From positions 2,252,274-2,316,273 of the forward strand of contig CAVZZX010000003.1 of NCBI GenBank assembly GCA_963779865.1: a stretch of DNA of 64,000 nucleotides. The letters run 5' to 3'. Shown here piece by piece: positions 58,568 to 64,000 of this stretch. The DNA comes from an uncultured Gammaproteobacteria bacterium (GTDB lineage Bacteria > Pseudomonadota > Gammaproteobacteria > CAVZZX01). Position 1 is the first letter of the stretch. Every line of letters begins with the position of its first letter. Below the pieces are notes generated by a model. That model ran no database searches and was not told where the DNA came from. It saw only the letters and a program-made list of their open reading frames with translations. A program made the position numbers and the translations under genes.

Positions 58568-59851
58568 ATGCTGATCCTCGTGGTCACGGTGATGGTGGTC
58601 CTGCTGGTGCTGGGCTTCCCCATGATGGTGCCGCTGATCGCCGCGGCGCTGGCGCTGTTGCTGGGGTATTTTCCCTACACCGACCCGGCGCTGCTGGTGC
58701 AGCAGATGATCGGGGGGGTACAGCCGCCGGTGCTGATCGCGGTGCCGATGTTCATCCTCGCCGCGGACATCATGACCCGCGGCCACACCGCCGACCGCCT
58801 GCTGGACCTGGTGATGCGCTTCGTCGGCCACCTGCGCGGCGGCCTGCCGATCGCCACGGCGCTGTCCTGCACGCTGTTCGGCGCGGTGTCCGGCTCCACC
58901 CAGGCGACGGTGGTCGCCATGGGCGGGCCCCTGCGGCCGAAGCTGCTGGAGGCCGGCTACAGCGACGCCTTCAGCATCGCTCTCATCATCAACGCGAGCG
59001 ACATCGCCCTGCTGATTCCGCCCAGCATCGGCATGATCATCTACGGCGTCGTGTCGGGCACCTCGGTGGGCGAGCTGTTCATCGCCGGCATCGGTCCGGG
59101 GCTGCTCATCCTGGTGCTGTTTTCCATCTACTGCTACATCGCCTCCAACTGGCAGCGCATTCCGCGGCTGCCGCGGGCGAGCTGGGCGCAACGTCTGAAG
59201 GCGGTGCGCGGGGCGCTGCTCCCCTCGGGCTTCCCGGTGATCATCATCGGCGGCATCTACAGCGGCGTGTTCAGCCCCACCGAGGCCGCCGCCGTGTCGG
59301 TGCTCTACGCACTGGTCCTGGAGCTGCTGGTGTTCCGCGCGGTACGCTGGCGGGAAATCCCGGACATCGCCCTGTCCACGGGGCTGATCACGGCGGTGGT
59401 GTTCATCCTGGTGGCGGCGGGCACCGCCTTCTCCTGGGCCATCTCCTTCGCGCAGCTCCCCACCCATGTGGTGGGCGATCTGCTGGCGAGCGCGGGCGGC
59501 AACCCCACCCTGGTGCTGATCGTGATCGCGGTCTCGTTCTTTGTCGGCTGCATGTTCGTCGACCCGATCGTGGTCATCCTCATCCTGACCCCGATCTTCG
59601 CCCCGGTGGTCGACCGCGCCGGCATCGACCCGGTGCTGGTGGGCACGCTGGTGACCCTGCAGGCGGCCATCGGCTCGGCCACCCCGCCCTTCGGCGTGGA
59701 CATCTTCACGGCCATGGCGATCTTCCGCCGCCCGTACCTGGACGTGATTCGCGGGACACCGCCCTTCGTGCTGATGCTGATCGGCGTGACGGCATTGCTG
59801 ATCGCCTTCCCGCCGATCGCGCTGTTCCTCCGCGATCTCGCCTTCCGCTAA
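58568..59851 (+). CDS. dctM: TRAP transporter large permease
   Basis: The 427-aa polytopic protein begins MLILVVTVMVVLLVLGFPMMVPLIAAALALL, which is typical of DctM. Confidence 0.9.
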   Translation: MLILVVTVMVVLLVLGFPMMVPLIAAALALLLGYFPYTDPALLVQQMIGGVQPPVLIAVPMFILAADIMTRGHTADRLLDLVMRFVGHLRGGLPIATALSCTLFGAVSGSTQATVVAMGGPLRPKLLEAGYSDAFSIALIINASDIALLIPPSIGMIIYGVVSGTSVGELFIAGIGPGLLILVLFSIYCYIASNWQRIPRLPRASWAQRLKAVRGALLPSGFPVIIIGGIYSGVFSPTEAAAVSVLYALVLELLVFRAVRWREIPDIALSTGLITAVVFILVAAGTAFSWAISFAQLPTHVVGDLLASAGGNPTLVLIVIAVSFFVGCMFVDPIVVILILTPIFAPVVDRAGIDPVLVGTLVTLQAAIGSATPPFGVDIFTAMAIFRRPYLDVIRGTPPFVLMLIGVTALLIAFPPIALFLRDLAFR

Positions 59852-59897
59852 CCGGCGGCAGGCACGGTGGCTGGCGCCCGGTCCCGGCCGCCGTCCC

Positions 59898-60449
59898 TCA
59901 GGGGCGCTGCAGGGCGGCCTCGACCTCGTCGCGGCGCGCCTTGCCGGCCAACGTCTCGACCAGGGTGAGGGCGAAATCCATGGCGGTGCCGGGCCCGCGC
60001 GAGGTGATCACCGTGCCGTCGGTCACCACCGGGGCCTCTTCATAGCGCAGCCCGCTCACGCCCCGCCCATCCAACCAGCCCGGAAAGCTCGTGGCCCGCT
60101 TGCCCTCCAGCAGACCGGCGCTGGCCAGCACGCTGGGCGCGGCGCAGATGGCCGCCGTGTAGGCGCCCGCGGCGGCCATGCGCTGCAGCAGGTCGTGGAT
60201 GCGCGGGTCGGCGTCGAGGTTCTTCGCCCCCGGGCCGCCGCCGGGCAGCACGACCATGTCGTAGCGACGTTGCAGCGCCTCCTCGAGCGTGGTATCGGGC
60301 ACCAGCACCGTGCCGCGGCTGGCGCGCACCGGCGCGGCGTCGAGCCCGGCGCTGACGACCTCGATCTCGGCCCGGCGCAACAGGTCGATGATGGTTACCG
60401 CCTCGAGCTCTTCACAGCCCTGGGCGAGGGGGACAAGGACACACGCCAT
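59898..60449 (-). CDS. DJ-1/PfpI-family protein (YajL/ThiJ-like)
   Basis: The protein begins MACVLVPLAQGCEELEAVTIIDLLRRAEIEV and has the nucleophile-elbow Cys (AAICAAP). A GGGAGG ribosome-binding site is present. Confidence 0.8.
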   Translation of the reverse strand: MACVLVPLAQGCEELEAVTIIDLLRRAEIEVVSAGLDAAPVRASRGTVLVPDTTLEEALQRRYDMVVLPGGGPGAKNLDADPRIHDLLQRMAAAGAYTAAICAAPSVLASAGLLEGKRATSFPGWLDGRGVSGLRYEEAPVVTDGTVITSRGPGTAMDFALTLVETLAGKARRDEVEAALQRP

Positions 60450-61219
60450 CTCTGCGGCCTCCCGCGTTCCTGTTCGATACGAATGAGTTCCGATACGGGC
60501 ACCAGCCGTACGCCGGCCTGACGCAGCGTGGGCAGCACGCGGGCCAGCACGCGCAGGGTGGCGGGATGGGGATGGCCGATCGCGAGCGCGGCGCCGCGAT
60601 GGCGCGCCTTGGCAATCAGCGCACGCAGCTGCGCGGCGACCGCGGCGTCCTCGGCGACGTTGTCCAGGAAGACGTCGCGGCGGGTGTTGGGCACGCCGTC
60701 CTCGTGGGCCACCATCTGCGCCACCGTGGCACGGGTGGTGCGACTGTCCACGAAGTATAGCGAGCCGGTTTGGTGCAGGGCCTGCATCAGCCAGTCCATG
60801 TGCCCCGGATGGCGGGTGAGCAGGCTGCCCATGTGGTTGTTCACACCGCTCACGTAGGGAATGGCGGCGAGCGAGTCGCGCAGGCTGTGCAAAAACTCGG
60901 TCTGCGTCATGTGCAGCGTCAGCCCGCCGGGGCCCAGCCGCTGGCCGTCGACCGCCTGCATGGGCAGGTGCAGCATCACCTCCTTGCCCGCCCTGTGGGC
61001 GCGGCGCGCCAGCCGGGCAGCATAGGGGGTGTGGGGCAGGAAGGCGCACGTGACCGGCCCCGGCAGGTCGACCGCCCGCACATCGAGATCATGGCTGTTG
61101 CCGAGGTCATCGATGACGATCGCCACCGCCGGCAGCGAGCCGCGGGCCGCGGGCGTCTCGGCGGCGAGGGCCGAGACGCTACACAGAAGGAGCAGCGGAA
61201 GGACAAGCCTCAAGAACAC
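60395..61219 (-). CDS. divergent polysaccharide deacetylase family protein (YibQ-like)
   Basis: A signal peptide is followed by AIVIDDLGNSH and HLPMQ motifs. The 3' end overlaps the DJ-1 gene start by 55 nt in a different frame. Confidence 0.7.
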   Translation of the reverse strand: MFLRLVLPLLLLCSVSALAAETPAARGSLPAVAIVIDDLGNSHDLDVRAVDLPGPVTCAFLPHTPYAARLARRAHRAGKEVMLHLPMQAVDGQRLGPGGLTLHMTQTEFLHSLRDSLAAIPYVSGVNNHMGSLLTRHPGHMDWLMQALHQTGSLYFVDSRTTRATVAQMVAHEDGVPNTRRDVFLDNVAEDAAVAAQLRALIAKARHRGAALAIGHPHPATLRVLARVLPTLRQAGVRLVPVSELIRIEQERGRPQRWRVSLSPSPRAVKSSRR

Positions 61220-61297
61220 CCCCGGTTGCTGTTGTTCTTCGGGGAAAAACGCCCGGGTCAGCGTAACGCCGACCCGGGCGCGGAGGCCAGCGGACGA

Positions 61298-62614
61298 TCA
61301 GCGGGCGCTGACCAGGGTCAGCCCCTTGAGCAGGTTGAGGGCCTCGTACAGCGGGTAGTCCTTGCTGGCGAGCGGGCGCTCGTCCTTGTCGTTCTCGTCG
61401 CTCGCTTCGCCGTCGGCAGACAGGGCCTTCTTGAGGGTGTCGTTTTCCAGATGCCGGGCCAAGTCGGCTTCCTTCAGGGTGTCGATCGCCGGCGAGTCGG
61501 CCGCGGCCACCTTGACGTTGTCGAGCTGGATGTCCGGGGTGATCCCCTCGGCCTGGATGGAGCGCCCCGAAGGCGTGTAGTAACGGGCGGTGGTGATCTT
61601 CACCGCGGTGCGCCCGTCAAGCGGCAGGATGGTCTGCACCGAACCCTTGCCGAAGGTCTGCTTGCCCATGATGATGGCGCGCTTGTCGTCCTGCAGGGCG
61701 CCGGCGACGATCTCCGAGGCCGAGGCCGAGCCGCCGTTGACCAGCACCACCATGGGCGCCCCGTTCATCAGGTCGTCCGGATTGGCCTGGCGCTTGAGGC
61801 TGTCGTGGCGGCCTTCCACCGACACGATGGGGCCCTTGCGCAAAAAGGCGTCGGCCACGTTGACGGCCGAGTCGAGCAGACCGCCCGGGTTGTTGCGCAG
61901 GTCGAGCACCAGCCCGCGCAGCGGCGCGCCATTCTCCTTCTTCAACTTGTTGATCGCCTCGCGCACGTCGTGGCCAGTGCGCTCCTGGAACTGCGAGATG
62001 CGCACGTAGCCGAAGCCCGGCTCGAGCATCCGGTCCTTGACGCTCTGCACGGTGATGCGGTCGCGGGTGACGGTGACCTTCAGCGGCTTGTCCACGCCCT
62101 GGCGCACCACGGTCAGGGTGATATCGGTGCCGCGCTTGCCACGCATGTGCTTGACCGCGTCGCTGAGGCTCATGCCCTTCACCGGCGTGTCGTCCAGGCG
62201 GATGATGAGGTCGCCCGCCTTGATCCCGGCACGGTCGGCCGGCGTGCCGTCGATCGGGGAGATGACCTTCACGAAGCCGTCTTCCATGCCCACTTCGATG
62301 CCCAGCCCGCCGAACTCGCCGGAGGTGCCGATGCGCATCTCATTGAAGGCGTCCGCATCGAGATAGGTGGAGTGGGGGTCCAGGCCGCTCAGCATTCCGC
62401 GGATGGCACTTTCGATCAGGGTCTTGTCGTCGACGTTCTCGACGTAGTTCGCCTTGATCTTGCCGAACACCTCGCTCAGCTGACGCAACTCGTCGAGCGG
62501 GAGTGCGTCGGCAGAATTCGACTTGTCCGCCAGCACGCCTTGGCCGACGGCCAGCATCAGGCCGAACACCAGCCCGGTCATGAGGATGAGGAGGTTTCTT
62601 CCGAACGGCTTCAT
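61298..62614 (-). CDS. ctpA: carboxy-terminal processing protease (S41A)
   Basis: A PDZ domain is followed by the S41 domain with GGSASASE and the catalytic K in the GKQTFGKGSVQ region. Confidence 0.9.
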   Translation of the reverse strand: MKPFGRNLLILMTGLVFGLMLAVGQGVLADKSNSADALPLDELRQLSEVFGKIKANYVENVDDKTLIESAIRGMLSGLDPHSTYLDADAFNEMRIGTSGEFGGLGIEVGMEDGFVKVISPIDGTPADRAGIKAGDLIIRLDDTPVKGMSLSDAVKHMRGKRGTDITLTVVRQGVDKPLKVTVTRDRITVQSVKDRMLEPGFGYVRISQFQERTGHDVREAINKLKKENGAPLRGLVLDLRNNPGGLLDSAVNVADAFLRKGPIVSVEGRHDSLKRQANPDDLMNGAPMVVLVNGGSASASEIVAGALQDDKRAIIMGKQTFGKGSVQTILPLDGRTAVKITTARYYTPSGRSIQAEGITPDIQLDNVKVAAADSPAIDTLKEADLARHLENDTLKKALSADGEASDENDKDERPLASKDYPLYEALNLLKGLTLVSAR

Positions 62615-62792
62615 TCAATGGCTCCCGGGCGTGTTCCGCCCACGCGTATGGATTGAAAGACGGGAGAAGCAGACAGGCAGTCTAATGTCTTTTTCCCGGG
62701 TCGAAAACAATGGGGTTCTCACTGCGGGCGGTTCCCCCACGGGCCGCAGGTCGCTTCTATGACCACGGCGCGGCCGAAGAGTTGCACCGGCC

Positions 62793-63989
62793 TCAGCCAT
62801 GGCACCAGCGCGCCGGATTCGCGGGGCGCCCGTTATGGCGAATCTCGAAGTACAGGGCAGTACGCTCCTGGCCGCCGCTGCGTCCGACGGCGGCAATGCG
62901 CTCGCCGGCCTCCACCCAGTCTCCGGTTTCCTTGTAGAGGGTCTGGTTGTGCCCGTACAGGCTCATGTAGCCGTCACCATGGTCGATGATAATGAGCATG
63001 CCATAGCCGCGCAGCCAGTCGGCGAACGCCACCCGCCCGCGGGAGACGGCCCGCACCTCGCGACCCTCGCGGGCGTCGATGCGCACGCCCTTCCAGCGTA
63101 CCCCGCCGACGCCGCGCGGCTTGCCGAACAGGGGTTCGACGCGTCCGGCAACCGGCCACGGCAGCTTGCCACGCAACTGGGCAAAGGGCCGCTGGTTGCC
63201 GGCCTCGGGCGGGATATCGGCGAGCACCTGCTTGAGGCGCTCGACCAGGTCGCCGAGGCGCTTCTCGTCGGCGCGCAGCCGGGCCAGTTCCGCGCCCTTG
63301 TCATGCAGGTCACGGTCCAGCCGGGTCATCACCCGGCTGCGATCGGCATAGGCCCCCTCGAGGGCTGCCTTGTCGCGCGCCTGACGCGCGCGCTTCTCCT
63401 GCAGGGCCGCGGTCTCGTCCTGGATGCGGGTCTGCACCGCGGCGAGCTGCTGCAGGGTGGCGCGGGCGGCGTCGATCTGTTGGCTGCGGGCCCGATGGAA
63501 GTAATCGTAGTAGCGCAGCATGCGGCCCACTGCGGCCGGCTCTTCCTGGTTGAGCAGCATCTTGAGGTACTCCTGTCGGCCAATCGCGTAGGCGGCGCGG
63601 ACCTGTTCGGCCAGCAGCTTGCGTTGCACGGCCAGCTGCTGCCGGTAGTGCCGGCGTTCGCTCTGCAGGCGGGCGAGTTCTTTCCGGTGCTCGCCGATCT
63701 CCCCTTCGAGCCGCTCCAGCGCCCGCGCCTGCGCGGCGATCCGGGTTTCGGTGTCGCGCAGCTCGCTGCGCAACGCATCATGCCTGGAGCGCACGCTGTC
63801 GAGGTGCTCCTGCAGCGATTTGATGCGCTCACGCAGCCGCGCCAGTTCCTCGACCTTCTCGCGGCGGCGCGCATCGGGCGCCGTGTCGGGGAAGGCCGGC
63901 CCCGGCATCAGGCCGCCGAGCAGCAGCGCCGTCGCCAGCGCGGCGGCCCCGCGCCGCCTGCGGCGGGCCCGAAGCGGCGCGCCGCTCAC
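62793..63989 (-). CDS. envC: murein hydrolase activator EnvC-like (coiled coil plus M23/LytM domain)
   Basis: The protein has a signal peptide, a long coiled coil (EELARLRERIKSLQEHL...) and a C-terminal M23 domain (IIIDHGDGYMSLYGHN). The start is GTG. Confidence 0.8.
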   Translation of the reverse strand: MSGAPLRARRRRRGAAALATALLLGGLMPGPAFPDTAPDARRREKVEELARLRERIKSLQEHLDSVRSRHDALRSELRDTETRIAAQARALERLEGEIGEHRKELARLQSERRHYRQQLAVQRKLLAEQVRAAYAIGRQEYLKMLLNQEEPAAVGRMLRYYDYFHRARSQQIDAARATLQQLAAVQTRIQDETAALQEKRARQARDKAALEGAYADRSRVMTRLDRDLHDKGAELARLRADEKRLGDLVERLKQVLADIPPEAGNQRPFAQLRGKLPWPVAGRVEPLFGKPRGVGGVRWKGVRIDAREGREVRAVSRGRVAFADWLRGYGMLIIIDHGDGYMSLYGHNQTLYKETGDWVEAGERIAAVGRSGGQERTALYFEIRHNGRPANPARWCHG

Positions 63990-64000
63990 GCCTTGACGTG

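Overview
This 64-kb window is high-GC (about 68%) chromosomal DNA from a proteobacterium, most likely a gammaproteobacterium. Most of it is housekeeping genes: a glycogen/oxidative pentose-phosphate cluster (glgA', gnd, zwf, pgl, glk), ubiD, gor, corA, aroE, bfd-bfr, hemB, hslVU, ubiE-ubiJ-ubiB, a TRAP transporter (dctPQM), ctpA and envC. The main accessory feature is a subtype I-G (formerly I-U) CRISPR-Cas locus at about 8.1-23.1 kb. It comprises a WYL-domain regulator, two frameshifted accessory genes (a pRiA4b ORF-3-like gene and a nucleotidyltransferase), csb1 (cas7), csb2 (cas5/6 fusion), an unusually long cas3 of 1396 aa, a cas4-cas1 fusion, cas2, a roughly 200-bp leader, and a 29-repeat array. 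The most notable point is that no separate large-subunit (cas8u/csx17) gene is present. Instead Cas3 carries a roughly 470-aa C-terminal extension that opens with a Csx17-like motif, which suggests a Cas3-Cas8u fusion. Other points worth a second look are: a 1750-aa cytoplasmic hybrid histidine kinase with about nine near-identical tandem HAMP units encoded by 276-bp DNA repeats; a pair of adjacent half-sized multicopper-oxidase genes whose copper-ligand motifs look complementary; and several frameshifts or in-frame stops that mostly sit in G/C-rich runs and may be assembly errors rather than pseudogenes.
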